From Mobula hypostoma (Eukaryota), in contig NC_086109.1 in assembly GCF_963921235.1 (NCBI RefSeq), positions 18,664,001 through 18,728,000 on the forward strand: a stretch of 64,000 nucleotides of DNA. Reading direction: 5' to 3'. Shown in pieces: positions 63,891 through 64,000 of the stretch; the first letter of the stretch is position 1, and each line of letters opens with the position of its first letter. The notes under the pieces were generated by a model. The model was not told where the DNA came from, did no database searches, and was given only the letters and a program-made list of their open reading frames with translations. The position numbers and the translations under genes were made by a program.

Positions 63891-64000
63891 ATCCGAAAGA
63901 TCCTAATTCTAACTCTGACGATATTTCTTTCAATTTGCACTAATATTACGAGGTTTATTTTTTATTTATTTTATCCTGTAAGTTATGGGACATTAATCAT

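Overview
Eukaryotic, transposon-dense DNA with no host-gene exon I can recognise, so probably intronic or intergenic. The repeat content (CR1 LINEs, Rex/Babar, RTE, an RNase H-bearing I-group LINE, R4/Dong, Penelope-like elements, tRNA-derived SINEs, solo LTRs, hAT/Tc1/mariner MITEs) suggests a fish genome, probably a cartilaginous fish; this is inference. The ORFs I could identify are decayed retroelement fragments and the rest look like chance frames. The most notable signal is a Penelope-like (PLE) system. Its terminal repeat carries a 38-nt minimal hammerhead ribozyme, seen in about 15 copies, three with an intact catalytic core (35515-35552, 48248-48285, 49343-49380). The family repeatedly inserts as tail-outward fold-back palindromes, from about 120-230 bp MITE-like units with 13-19 bp target-site duplications (TSDs) up to a 3 kb inverted RT/GIY-YIG pair. 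Other highlights are a twin-priming-type 5' inversion in an RTE-derived element, several solo LTRs with TSDs (one carrying a perfect CTCF motif) and two unexplained hairpins. Element boundaries were read by eye and are approximate unless a TSD is quoted.
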